The translations under genes were made by a program, and so were the position numbers. Shown piece after piece: positions 1 to 9,297 of a stretch of DNA of 30,494 bases. The stretch lies in contig JBCBJQ010000070.1 of assembly GCA_038523235.1 (NCBI GenBank), positions 1 to 30,494 on the forward strand, given 5' to 3'. Under the pieces are notes generated by a model. It was not told the DNA's origin, searched no databases, and saw only the letters and a list, made by a program, of their open reading frames with translations. This DNA is from Cyanobacteria bacterium J06626_4 (GTDB lineage Bacteria > Cyanobacteriota > Cyanobacteriia > Phormidesmidales > Phormidesmidaceae). Position 1 is the first letter of the stretch, and each line of letters opens with the position of its first letter.

Positions 1-751
1 GAATCCAAATAGTTCTGAATCAACGCTTAATGAAGATGCCTTCACGCCTCGTGTAGGGTTGGTTTATCAGCCTATTGAAGAGCTTTCGCTTTATGGTAGC
101 TACACCACTTCCTTTGTGCCGAATACGGATACGACAGAGGCTGGTGAGATTCTCGAACCCGAGCGGGGCGAACAGTTTGAAATCGGTGCCCGAGCTGAAT
201 TATTAGACGGCAGGCTAACGGCTAACTTAGCCTTTTTCGATATCACTAAAGAGAACGTTGCCACTACTGATCCTGACAATATCTTCTTCTCAGTGGCAAC
301 CGGCGAGCAGCGCAGCCAAGGCCTTGAGTTAGACATTGCCGGAGAGATTTTACCGGGCTGGAATATCATCGCCAACTATGCCTATACCGATGCCGAAATC
401 ACGGAAGATGAAGATTTCGAAGGCAATCGACTGACCGATGCACCGGCGCACAATTTCAACCTGTGGACGACCTACGACATTCAAGACGGCCCGCTGGTAG
501 GTCTGGGTTTTGGCCTCGGATTTAACTTTGTGGGTGAGCGCTCTGGTGACCTGGCCAATAGCTTTGAAGTCGATAGCTATTTCCTCACGAATGCGGCCAT
601 TTCCTATGAACGCGATAACTGGCGCGCCGCGCTTAATATTCGCAACTTGTTTGATGTGGACTACATCGAATCGACGGGGGTTAACAGGACATTTGGCATT
701 GCGCCTGGGGAACCTTTTACCCTCATTGGCTCCTTCGCCATCGAATTTTGA
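1..751 (+). CDS. TonB-dependent siderophore receptor, 3' part (5' end outside window) [TBDT1]
   Basis: Frame 2 is open from base 2 (NPNSSESTLNEDAFTPRVGLVYQP...). Barrel motifs LEPERGEQFEIG, ATGEQRSQGLELD and ALNIRNLFDVDY; C-terminal Phe; clear paralog of the receptors at 3240, 16352 and 21388. Confidence 0.95.
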   Translation, partial: NPNSSESTLNEDAFTPRVGLVYQPIEELSLYGSYTTSFVPNTDTTEAGEILEPERGEQFEIGARAELLDGRLTANLAFFDITKENVATTDPDNIFFSVATGEQRSQGLELDIAGEILPGWNIIANYAYTDAEITEDEDFEGNRLTDAPAHNFNLWTTYDIQDGPLVGLGFGLGFNFVGERSGDLANSFEVDSYFLTNAAISYERDNWRAALNIRNLFDVDYIESTGVNRTFGIAPGEPFTLIGSFAIEF

Positions 752-829
752 TCCATTTAGGTTACAAGATGATGGTTGCTCATCAACACCCCTTTGCAAC
801 TTGACGGTAGAAAATGGGTAACCACCATC

Positions 830-1876
830 ATGACCAATCCCCATCATTTTTTGAATCGATGGCAACTGTTTGTTCAGTCTATCCAGATGCGGATACTTCC
901 TGAGGCTCAGCGATCGCTGAACCGTCAACGTCGGTTTTTGTTATTGATGGGGGTTACTGCATGCATCGCCTCTGCCTGCACCAGCCAGGCGCAAACGGAT
1001 CAGCAATCTCTAACGACTGCATCTACAGATGTGAGACGAATCCAGCATGCCTTTGGCGAAACTGAGATTCCTAAGAATCTAACTCGGATCGTCGTGTGGG
1101 GGTACGTAACAATCGAAGCAGTCGTAGCGCATGGGATTCAACCGATAGGGGTGCCGAACAGCATGGTTGATGAAATGCGCCATCTCTCATTGGATAGAGA
1201 GACTATTGCCGAAATTGGTGCTCCAGGCCAACCCAACCTGGAGAAGATTGCGGCTCTGAAGCCAGATCTGATCCTCACCAGTAAACATAGAATTCGTGAT
1301 AATTATCCACTGCTGGCACAGATTGCCCCAACGGTAGTATTTGATATTGATAGCAACACTGAATGGAAAGAGCTCACCCAACTCTGTGGCCAAGCTTTGG
1401 GCAAACAAGCTGAAACTGAAAAGCTGGCGGCAGCTTATGATGCCAAGCTACAGGAAGTCAGAGCTCGGTTTTCCAAAAATTCCAGACAACCTCAGGTTTC
1501 TGTGGTCTATTTACACCCAGAATTTATTGGCACCATGGGAACTGCGACCTTCGCAGGTAGCGTACTCGCAGATGCAGGCATTGCCCGTCCACATAGCCAG
1601 GCCCAGGCACAAGGCCCCCGCAATATTTCCCTGGAGTCTCTTGAACTTCTCGATGGAGATGCCTTGTACATTATTCGGCCACAGAGCTACCACGAAGTAG
1701 CCGCAGAGATCCGAACTGAAATCGATCGCATGCAAGCCCATCCTCTATGGTCTCAGCTCAAGGCCGTGCAGGCTAATCAGGTTTATGAGGTGGGTGCTTA
1801 TTGGGCGATCGGCAGCTACATCGCCGCTAATCTCATTCTGGATGATTTACTGGAACATTTAGTTAAGCGCCAATGA
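830..1876 (+). CDS. Iron-siderophore ABC substrate-binding lipoprotein (FecB/FhuD family) [SBP1]
   Basis: QHAFGETEIP..RIVV, PNLEKIAALKPDLIL, LAQIAPTV motifs; RQRRFLLL then hydrophobic stretch and lipobox IASA-C. Start uncertain (ATG 830 or ATG 887). Confidence 0.9.
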   Translation: MTNPHHFLNRWQLFVQSIQMRILPEAQRSLNRQRRFLLLMGVTACIASACTSQAQTDQQSLTTASTDVRRIQHAFGETEIPKNLTRIVVWGYVTIEAVVAHGIQPIGVPNSMVDEMRHLSLDRETIAEIGAPGQPNLEKIAALKPDLILTSKHRIRDNYPLLAQIAPTVVFDIDSNTEWKELTQLCGQALGKQAETEKLAAAYDAKLQEVRARFSKNSRQPQVSVVYLHPEFIGTMGTATFAGSVLADAGIARPHSQAQAQGPRNISLESLELLDGDALYIIRPQSYHEVAAEIRTEIDRMQAHPLWSQLKAVQANQVYEVGAYWAIGSYIAANLILDDLLEHLVKRQ

Positions 1877-1894
1877 AATCCTTCATGACATAAT

Positions 1895-1913
1895 AATGAA
1901 AATTATTGTCATT
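1895..1913. promoter_or_regulatory. Fur-family box upstream of araC1
   Basis: AATGAAAATTATTGTCATT; core TGAAAAT-T-ATTGTCA matches TGATAAT-N-ATTATCA at 12/14. Bases 1892-1910 match GATAATGATAATCATTATC at 15/19. Fur and Zur cannot be separated from sequence alone. Confidence 0.75.
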
Positions 1914-1960
1914 AAGTTGGGTGCTGATTTTTACATCTGCATCTGGTCTTTGATAGCGAT

Positions 1961-3070
1961 ATGGCGAGCCGATTTCTCAATCAAGTATCTGACCATCTCC
2001 ATTCTGGTAGCCCTAGTGATTCCAGGCTATTTCATGCCGACCCGTCTGATCAGATCCAAGTTTGGTCGCCCCAAGTCGGGCAAGGATACGTACAAACGAT
2101 TCCACTGCGGGAAGACCTATCGCTCGTCATTGTCGACGACACGATGCACAACGCGGTGCTGATGAATACCTGCAAGCAAGAGGCTGCCCTAGAGTTTGAG
2201 TTTCAGCTTGCAGGAGCGACACCAGGACAAAGTAGCTTGGCCCCCCATTTTGGCATGAGAGGTCCAAATACTCGACCTGCTCAACAACGCCGGTTTAAGG
2301 TTGAGATTTTCTTTGGCCCATCGGCTTTTATGACCTACTACCAACTGATTGCTGAGCGCTTGCCACCCCAGGCACTGAACTTATTTCACAAAAGCGTTGA
2401 ATGCATGCACCGTAGTCAGTTTGGCCATCAGGCTGCATCACCGCAAGCAGCGCTCACCCAAATTTTGAGCCGTACAGTCTCCCCCTTGCCACTGTCGCAA
2501 TCAATTGCCGATTTGCTGCTGTTCGCCCCTGAACTGCTGGGCTCTAACCATACAGTCCAACAGGCAATGGTTCCAGAGATGCACCAGGTTATTCATCAGA
2601 TTTTGAGCAGTCCCTATAGTGGCCAAGTGCGCCGCGCGTATCTAGAGCGCAAAGTCTTAGAACTCGTTGCGCTGAAACTCAATGCCCTGGAACAATTGCG
2701 ATCGCTCTCATATCCATTAAGCCCCGGCGATCTAGAGCGCATTTATCAAGCGGGGAAAGTTTTAACGCGTCATCTTCAAAACCCACCGTCAATCGAAGTT
2801 CTGTCGCGCCAGGTCGGGCTCAATCGCTTGAAGCTTAATCGCGGCTTTCACCATGTCTACGGCACCACCCCCTTTCGCTATCTGCGCAACTGTCGTCTGC
2901 AACTCGCCCAAATATTACTGACCACCTCAGAATTAGCGGTTAAAGAAGTCGCCTACCGGGTCGGCTATACCAATTGCAGTCGTTTTGCGACTGCCTTCTA
3001 CCAAAAGTTTGGGCTAAATCCCAAGGCCTTTCAACTCCAGATCGATCATCGTCGCCTACAGCAAACCTAA
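1961..3070 (+). CDS. AraC family (PchR-like) transcriptional regulator [AraC1]
   Basis: 369 aa; C-terminal double HTH (PPSIEVLSRQVGLNRLKLNRGFHHVYGTTPFRYLR...VGYTNCSRFATAFYQKFGLNPKAF); directly upstream of a TonB receptor. Confidence 0.93.
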   Translation: MASRFLNQVSDHLHSGSPSDSRLFHADPSDQIQVWSPQVGQGYVQTIPLREDLSLVIVDDTMHNAVLMNTCKQEAALEFEFQLAGATPGQSSLAPHFGMRGPNTRPAQQRRFKVEIFFGPSAFMTYYQLIAERLPPQALNLFHKSVECMHRSQFGHQAASPQAALTQILSRTVSPLPLSQSIADLLLFAPELLGSNHTVQQAMVPEMHQVIHQILSSPYSGQVRRAYLERKVLELVALKLNALEQLRSLSYPLSPGDLERIYQAGKVLTRHLQNPPSIEVLSRQVGLNRLKLNRGFHHVYGTTPFRYLRNCRLQLAQILLTTSELAVKEVAYRVGYTNCSRFATAFYQKFGLNPKAFQLQIDHRRLQQT

Positions 3071-3092
3071 CTCTGATACCCAGCAGTCAGCC

Positions 3093-3161
3093 CAAAATAA
3101 TGCGTTTCGGGCGACATTTTGTTGGGGAACCCCGATACATTAATCGAGAATAATTCGCTTC
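3093..3161 (+). promoter_or_regulatory. TBDT2 promoter region: partial motif A (CAAAATAATGCGTTTCGGGCG) plus degenerate Fur-like box (3143-3161)
   Basis: ATGCGTT core at 3100-3106, shared with 6962, 16194 and 25296; CGAGAAT-A-ATTCGCT at 3145-3159. Confidence 0.5.
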
Positions 3162-3239
3162 AAGCTCAATGCTGAAGGCGTAGCTAATGGATTTAGTTGC
3201 CTGATCGTATTGAACTTGAAGAGTGGTGTGAGGGATGTG

Positions 3240-5807
3240 ATGAGAAAGCAGTTACAGCGCTGGAGTCCTTTTGTCGTTCTAGCGGTGGCAGGAAGTTGGG
3301 CAGTGCCGGCTCAGGCGCAGGCGAGTCGATGGGTAGATGAGTCCGCTGCGCTGCGCCTGCCATCTGCTCATTTGCCCATCGATTCACCGATGCCACAATC
3401 TGCTCTCGAGGGGGTTGCCCAAACACCGCTCGTGCAAATCACGACTGTGCGCCTGGAGGAAACTGAGGCAGGCTTGCAGGTGGTGTTAGAAACAGCAGCC
3501 GGTGAGCTAGCCGCGCCAATCACAACGGTGTCGGGCGCTGCTCTCATCGCCGAGCTCCCCAATGCGGTGCTGGCCCTGCCAGAGGGTGATGAGTTTCAGC
3601 AGTTTGAACCGGCGGATGGCATCGCCTTGGTGCAGGTGACCGAGTTGCCGGACAACCGGGTGCAGGTCGTCATTACCGGGACAGAGACCGCCCCGACGGC
3701 AGAGTTGAGTCCGACGCCAGTGGGATTGACTCTGGGAATAACGCCAGGGATTGCCCCAGCCGATACAGCAGACGATGAGGCGCTGCGAGTCGTGGTAACG
3801 GGTGAGGAAGGGAGTCGTTACGTGGAACCGAATACCTCAACAGCGACTCGTACAGATACCCCACTGCGGGATGTGCCGCAATCGATTCAAGTAATTCCTC
3901 GTGAGGTGCTAGAAGATCAGCAGGTGATTCGACTGAATGATGCGCTGCGTAATGTCAGCGGCGTGGTATCAGCGGACCGAACGGGTAGTAGTCAACGATT
4001 CATTCTCCGAGGTTTTGATGACCCCGCGATTCTGCGGGATGGGTTTAGGTTGACGTTTGGTGGGGTTGGCAATGCTGGTGTTCAAGAACTCTCTAACCTA
4101 GAAACCATAGAAGTGTTGAAGGGACCGGCCTCGATTCTGTTTGGCTCGGTGGAACCGGGTGGGGTGATCAATCTAGTCACCAAGCAACCTTTGAATGAAC
4201 CGTTTTATGACCTCAATTTGCGATTGGGTAACCGCACCTTGATTGAACCCAGTCTTGATTTTTCTGGGCCGCTGACTGAAGATGGTCGTCTGCTTTATCG
4301 GTTGAATGCCCTCCGCCGCAGGGAAGACAGCTTCCGCGATTTTGACAACGATTTTGATCGCTCTTTCATTGCCCCGGTTGTGAGATGGCAAATTAGCGAT
4401 CGCACTGACTTAACCCTCAATTTTGAATACCTTGAGGCTGAGGGCCCTTCCGATGTTGGTCTAGTTGCTTTAGGAGATGAAGTCGCCGATATTCCGTTTG
4501 ATCGCGTTTTAAGTGACCCCGGCGATTTCTTTCAAACTGAAACCATACGAGTAGGTTATGACTTTGAGCATCGCTTCAGCGACAACTGGAGAATACGTAA
4601 TGCTTTCACGTTCAACAGCTTTGATATACAGAATTCAGAACAATTCGTTGCTCTTGCCTTCGATGAAGCCACAGGAAGTTTAGGTCGATCTCTGCTGTCT
4701 TCGAGTCAAGATCAAGATATTTTTGAACTCCAGACTAATGTGGTGGGTGAATTTAACACCGGATCTATTGGGCATACCTTACTCTTCGGTGTTGATTTAT
4801 TTCGCCGTGAGAATCCTCGCTTTGATACGTTTGGTGTTCTCTCACCAGAAATCATTAACATCTTTGATCCTGTTTACAGCGACTCACGTCCTGATCCCGC
4901 CACGAATCCGATCTTTATTGATAACGATACCCGAACCGATACCCTGGGCGTTTACATTCAGGATCAAATCAGTCTGTTAGATAATCTGAAGTTACTGCTT
5001 GGGGTACGCTATGAAACCGTTGACCAAGAAGTTACGAATAACCCGACCTTTTTCAATCCAATCGGGTCTGAAACCAGCCAGAGCGAAGATGCTTTCAGTC
5101 CGCGGATTGGGCTAGTTTATCAACCTCTCCAAGAGGTTTCACTGTACGGTAGCTTTAGTCAATCTTTTGCACCCAATACCGGCACAACGTTTGCGGGTGA
5201 CCTGCTGGAACCCGAACGGGGCGAACAATTTGAAATTGGTGCGAGAGCTGAATTGCTAGCGGGCAGACTGACAGCCAATCTGGCATTGTTCAACATTACT
5301 AAACAGAATGTGTCAACGCCTGATCCCAACAACTTCGGTTCCGTTGTGGCAACTGGCGAGCAACGCAGCCGAGGGATTGAATTAGATGTGGCTGGAGCAG
5401 TCTTGCCAGGCTGGAATATCATCGCCAACTATGCCTATACCGATGCTGACATCACTGAAGACAACAGCGATATCGAAGACAATCGACTGTTTGGCGTGCC
5501 TGAACATAATTTCAATCTGTGGACAACCTACGACATTCAAGACGGTCCGCTAACGGGATTAGGCTTTGGTCTGGGTTTGAACTATGTGAGTGAGCGATTT
5601 GGCGATAATGACAACAGTTTTGTGTTGGATAGCTATTTCCTCACTAATGCAGCGATTTCCTATGAACGTGATAACTGGCAGGCGGGTTTAAACATTCGCA
5701 ACCTCTTTGATGTCGATTACATTGAGGGGTCTCAAAATAGTCGATTGTCTTTCATTTCTCCAGGTGAGGGGTTGACTGTTATTGGCTCATTTTCCATTGA
5801 ATTTTGA
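3240..5807 (+). CDS. TonB-dependent siderophore receptor with N-terminal AMIN domain [TBDT2]
   Basis: Signal peptide ending AQAQA; AMIN-like VQITTVRLEETEAGLQVVLET; plug motifs TATRTDTPLRDVPQSIQVIP and LETIEVLKGPASILFG...PGGVINLVTK; C-terminal SIEF. Start placed at ATG 3240 after GTGTGAGGGA. Confidence 0.95.
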   Translation: MRKQLQRWSPFVVLAVAGSWAVPAQAQASRWVDESAALRLPSAHLPIDSPMPQSALEGVAQTPLVQITTVRLEETEAGLQVVLETAAGELAAPITTVSGAALIAELPNAVLALPEGDEFQQFEPADGIALVQVTELPDNRVQVVITGTETAPTAELSPTPVGLTLGITPGIAPADTADDEALRVVVTGEEGSRYVEPNTSTATRTDTPLRDVPQSIQVIPREVLEDQQVIRLNDALRNVSGVVSADRTGSSQRFILRGFDDPAILRDGFRLTFGGVGNAGVQELSNLETIEVLKGPASILFGSVEPGGVINLVTKQPLNEPFYDLNLRLGNRTLIEPSLDFSGPLTEDGRLLYRLNALRRREDSFRDFDNDFDRSFIAPVVRWQISDRTDLTLNFEYLEAEGPSDVGLVALGDEVADIPFDRVLSDPGDFFQTETIRVGYDFEHRFSDNWRIRNAFTFNSFDIQNSEQFVALAFDEATGSLGRSLLSSSQDQDIFELQTNVVGEFNTGSIGHTLLFGVDLFRRENPRFDTFGVLSPEIINIFDPVYSDSRPDPATNPIFIDNDTRTDTLGVYIQDQISLLDNLKLLLGVRYETVDQEVTNNPTFFNPIGSETSQSEDAFSPRIGLVYQPLQEVSLYGSFSQSFAPNTGTTFAGDLLEPERGEQFEIGARAELLAGRLTANLALFNITKQNVSTPDPNNFGSVVATGEQRSRGIELDVAGAVLPGWNIIANYAYTDADITEDNSDIEDNRLFGVPEHNFNLWTTYDIQDGPLTGLGFGLGLNYVSERFGDNDNSFVLDSYFLTNAAISYERDNWQAGLNIRNLFDVDYIEGSQNSRLSFISPGEGLTVIGSFSIEF

Positions 5808-5812
5808 AGACT

Positions 5813-6904
5813 ATGTCCACACTAAGACGAATGATGGGTTGGTTAGTGTTGAGTGTGCTCACTGCAGGGCTCATTATTGGGTGTGGGCTTTCTGAAAGCC
5901 CTGAATCAGACCAAAGTCCGACGGCTGATGCTTCACCCCAACTACCGAACACGGATTGTCGCGTACTTGAACATGATTTAGGCGAAACTGAGGTCTGTGG
6001 ACAACCCCAAAACGTGGCAGTGCTGGGTGTTCATAGCCTCGATTTGCTGCTCTCTCTAGATGTGCAACCGACAGGGTATGCCGCTTCCAGCGCCCATGGT
6101 GGAGAGGTCTTTGATCAGCCAGTGCAGCAGATTCCTTATTTGGGTCATCTGGTCACAACCCAACCGGTCAATTTGGGGCGCGGTGGCGAACCCTCTCTAG
6201 AAAAACTGGCAGCCCTTAAGCCCGACTTGATTATCGGTGAAGCCAGCCGCTCAGATAACTACGATCTACTCACTCAAATTGCGCCGACGCTGCAATGGCA
6301 GAATCGCATGGCGAAAGGCCAATGGCAGGAGAGTTTGCAAACGATCGCCGCTGCCATCGGGCAGGATGAAAAAGCAGCGGCAGTCATTCAGCAATATGAG
6401 ACCCGTATCGCCGAGGCGCGGGCTGATTTAGCTGATGTGGTGGCTGCATACCCTAAACTGCTGCTGTTGGGAGCCAATCGATTGGATGAGGGTGCTTTTG
6501 TCATTAGTGCTGATAGCTATCTGGGTGAGCTGTTGAATAAAGTGGGGTTTCAACTCGTTTCTCAACCCAATGTCACCGGCACTGCACCGATTTCAATTGA
6601 AACCCTGCCAGAGCTGGATGATGCGGATACCATCATTGTTCTGGGCTATGACCTTAATGCTATTAATGAGCAGTTGGAGAATTCAGACCTATCTGATGAG
6701 GCGTCAATAAACGAGCGACTTGAAATGCAACAGGTGAAAGCGATTAAACAGGATTGGGCAGCGAATGTGATCGCACAATCCCTCACCGCCAGTCAAGAAA
6801 ACCGTGTCTACTTCGCGACCTTCTACAAATGGAATGCGCTTAATGGTGCCATTGGTGCCGATCTGATTCTAGAGGACTTGCGTCAGTTTTTCTTGGAGAG
6901 ATGA
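5813..6904 (+). CDS. Iron-siderophore ABC substrate-binding lipoprotein [SBP2]
   Basis: Lipobox LIIG-C; CRVLEHDLGETEVCGQPQ, PSLEKLAALKPDLII, LTQIAPT. More divergent subtype than SBP1/3/4. Confidence 0.9.
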   Translation: MSTLRRMMGWLVLSVLTAGLIIGCGLSESPESDQSPTADASPQLPNTDCRVLEHDLGETEVCGQPQNVAVLGVHSLDLLLSLDVQPTGYAASSAHGGEVFDQPVQQIPYLGHLVTTQPVNLGRGGEPSLEKLAALKPDLIIGEASRSDNYDLLTQIAPTLQWQNRMAKGQWQESLQTIAAAIGQDEKAAAVIQQYETRIAEARADLADVVAAYPKLLLLGANRLDEGAFVISADSYLGELLNKVGFQLVSQPNVTGTAPISIETLPELDDADTIIVLGYDLNAINEQLENSDLSDEASINERLEMQQVKAIKQDWAANVIAQSLTASQENRVYFATFYKWNALNGAIGADLILEDLRQFFLER

Positions 6905-6952
6905 TTGGCTTGTCGAGACCTTAAGTGTATTTGCAACAGGGAATTGCGTTGC

Positions 6953-7014
6953 CAGTAAAAAATGCGTTTCAGAGTCAAAATCCCTAGTCAGGAGCATTCT
7001 AATTGCCCTAAGCT
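6953..7014 (+). promoter_or_regulatory. Motif A promoter cassette upstream of MFS1
   Basis: ATGCGTT (6962-6968), 7 nt, CAAAATCCCTAG (6976-6987); -35-like TAGTCA (6985-6990); -10-like TAAGCT (7009-7014). Confidence 0.7.
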
Positions 7015-7081
7015 CCATAACGCATTGCTGCCTTAGTGCTAAGTCTCACAGCATTGCATCGTTGAGAGGAAATAGTGTGTC

Positions 7082-8368
7082 GTGCAGACTTTTTTCGTGC
7101 TCTGGCTCGGGCAATTTGCTTCTTTGCTCGGCTCCGAGATGACCAACTTTGCCATCACCATCTGGGCCTGGGAAGTTACGGGTCAGGCCACGCCACTGTC
7201 GTTCATCATCGTGGCGACCCAAATTCCTCGCCTGCTGATTTCCCCCTTTGCTGGCCTTTGGGTAGACCAATTTAATCGCAAAACCCTAATGTTTTTGGGG
7301 GATACCGTCGCCGGACTTTCCACCGTGGCGATTTTGGCCCTGTTTTTAACCGACCATCTGCAAATTTGGCATTTATATCTTTCTGGCGGCATCAACAGCA
7401 TTTTTGGCTATGTGCAGGGGTTGGCCCACTCCGCTTCTATGTCGCTGATTGTGGCAGAGCGGCACTATGCTCGCGCTGCCGCCTTTGAGTCGCTGCAGCT
7501 GTCTGGTAGCTATGTGGTTGCTCCCGTGATCGCGGGGGGCATTTACGCCGTCACGGGTCTCAGCGGCATTCTGGCCATTGACTTAATCACTTTCGGGGTG
7601 GCGATCGCCACGCTTGGCACCGTTAAAATTCCCCAACCGACCCAATCCCGCCAAGTGGCGGATGAATCGGCTTGGCAGTCGATCACCTTTGGCTTTCGCT
7701 ACCTTTGGCAGCATCCTGGTCTAAGAGCGCTCTTGGGCTTTTTCCTCATCAGCAACTTGATTAACAGTGCCAGCTTCAGTGTGTTTATGCCCATGGTGTT
7801 GGCTCGCAACGGTAATAATGCGGCAGCCATGGGGACGCTGTTTTCCTTTTTTGGCATGGGCGGGCTCATTGGCGGCTTGACATTGGGTGTCTGGGGTGGG
7901 CCTAAACGACGCATCCACGGAATCTTGATTTTTAGCGCCATCTGGAAGGTGGGCTTAATGGTGCTGGCGATCACCCGAACTTTCGCCATCCATATCGGTA
8001 CTGCCCTCGCTAGCGGATTTTGCTCGCCCTTTCCGGGGAGCTGTAGCCAGGCGATTTGGCGATCGCAGGTGGCACCGGAAGTCCAAGGACGGGTATTTGC
8101 GAGTCGATTTTTGGTGACGCAGTTAGCGACGCCAATCGGGGCCGCGATCGCTGGCCCCTTAGCCGATCAGGTCTTTGAGCCCGCCCTGCAACCAGAGGGA
8201 TTACTCGCCGATACGCTGCTGGGCCAAATTTTTGGTGTTGGCGCTGGCGCTGGCATGGCTTTACAGATGACCTTGTTTGCCAGTTTTGGGCTCGTCGTTG
8301 CCCTTGCAGGATACGGCATTAAACCGCTCATGACATTAGAAGATACGTCGACCAAACCAGCTACATAA
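7082..8368 (+). CDS. MFS transporter (EntS/MefA-like) [MFS1]
   Basis: 428 aa, many hydrophobic segments; N-terminus FFVLWLGQFASLLGS; AGLWVDQFNRK loop motif; VAPEVQGRVF. GTG start preceded by GAGAGGA. Confidence 0.92.
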   Translation: MQTFFVLWLGQFASLLGSEMTNFAITIWAWEVTGQATPLSFIIVATQIPRLLISPFAGLWVDQFNRKTLMFLGDTVAGLSTVAILALFLTDHLQIWHLYLSGGINSIFGYVQGLAHSASMSLIVAERHYARAAAFESLQLSGSYVVAPVIAGGIYAVTGLSGILAIDLITFGVAIATLGTVKIPQPTQSRQVADESAWQSITFGFRYLWQHPGLRALLGFFLISNLINSASFSVFMPMVLARNGNNAAAMGTLFSFFGMGGLIGGLTLGVWGGPKRRIHGILIFSAIWKVGLMVLAITRTFAIHIGTALASGFCSPFPGSCSQAIWRSQVAPEVQGRVFASRFLVTQLATPIGAAIAGPLADQVFEPALQPEGLLADTLLGQIFGVGAGAGMALQMTLFASFGLVVALAGYGIKPLMTLEDTSTKPAT

Positions 8369-8391
8369 TGCTCTCTTTTACTGGGTGGACG

Positions 8392-8414
8392 ATGCCTAGG
8401 GCAACCCCTGGCAT
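8392..8414. terminator. Imperfect hairpin between convergent MFS1 and methyltransferase genes
   Basis: ATGCC(T)AGGG-CAAC-CCCTGGCAT, 9-bp stem with one bulge; no U-tract. Confidence 0.25.
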
Positions 8415-8551
8415 GTGAGTGATCAGCTCGCCGCATGAATCGCATTGTCTGGGATTGGGGTTTAATCTCAATAGTCGGAATAGCGGGCAGAGCTACTTTT
8501 TTGCTTGCTTTGGCAGTAATTCGACTGCACGCCGCCTGGTCTCTGGGACGG

Positions 8552-9157
8552 TTACGCTTTGACAAACATACTTAATAGGTTTTTGCCCAATAGATATTGA
8601 TGTTTGAGGTGTCTAAAGCCTGCTTGTGTGCCCATTTGTTGCCGCACTTCTGGGCTGTAAACTGTGATGCCATTGGGAGAGACTGGCACATACCCAACCC
8701 CTGTCGAGGTATCGGTCGTTGGGTCAACCCAGTAAAACGTACCTCCTGGTCGCAGGACCCGATATATCTCAGTCAAGACCCGTTGGGGTTCAAGGTAATG
8801 CAAAAAGCTAAATGTATTGAAAACCGCATCAAATTGCTGATCGGTGAACCGTAAAGGTGCGGCCTGGCCCTGGACAAATATGAGGCGAGGTCGATGGTGG
8901 TTGGCATTCCGTGCCTGGCGCAACATCGCCGCCGAAAAGTCTAGCCCGGTGCCTTGTAGGCTGGGATAGGTAGCTGCCAGGCGATTAAGCAAACGCCCGG
9001 TACCACAGCTAATATCCAGGACGTTAGGGGTTTCGGGGAGTTCGACGTACTCCAGCAGTCGCCGATGAGTGGCTTGGTATAAAAGTGAGGGAACCCAGAA
9101 GTCATAGAAGGGTGCCCAGCGGTCGAAGAGTTGTTGTTTGCTGTTCGATACATTCAT
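8552..9157 (-). CDS. Class I SAM-dependent methyltransferase (UbiE/Methyltransf_11-like)
   Basis: FDRWAPFYD, motif I VLDISCGTG, GLDFSAAML, FDAVF, EIYRVLRPGG. Start placed at ATG 9157; the ORF extends to 9274. Confidence 0.88.
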   Translation of the reverse strand: MNVSNSKQQLFDRWAPFYDFWVPSLLYQATHRRLLEYVELPETPNVLDISCGTGRLLNRLAATYPSLQGTGLDFSAAMLRQARNANHHRPRLIFVQGQAAPLRFTDQQFDAVFNTFSFLHYLEPQRVLTEIYRVLRPGGTFYWVDPTTDTSTGVGYVPVSPNGITVYSPEVRQQMGTQAGFRHLKHQYLLGKNLLSMFVKA

Positions 9158-9297
9158 TGATTGATCAAGCTTGGGGTGTTTGAGCGGTTTTACTGACGAC
9201 TTCGTGTGTTCTAGTTCAGTCTGCTGATGGGAAGTTTGAGCAGGCGCTGGATGAGGGTGATCAATGTCCTGCAAGCAAGTAGGTCAGTATCCAAAGG

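Noticed and set aside
1896..2162. 88-aa hydrophobic ORF overlapping the araC1 start
   Set aside because: It starts inside the AT-rich Fur box and overlaps araC1 out of frame; no RBS or family features.
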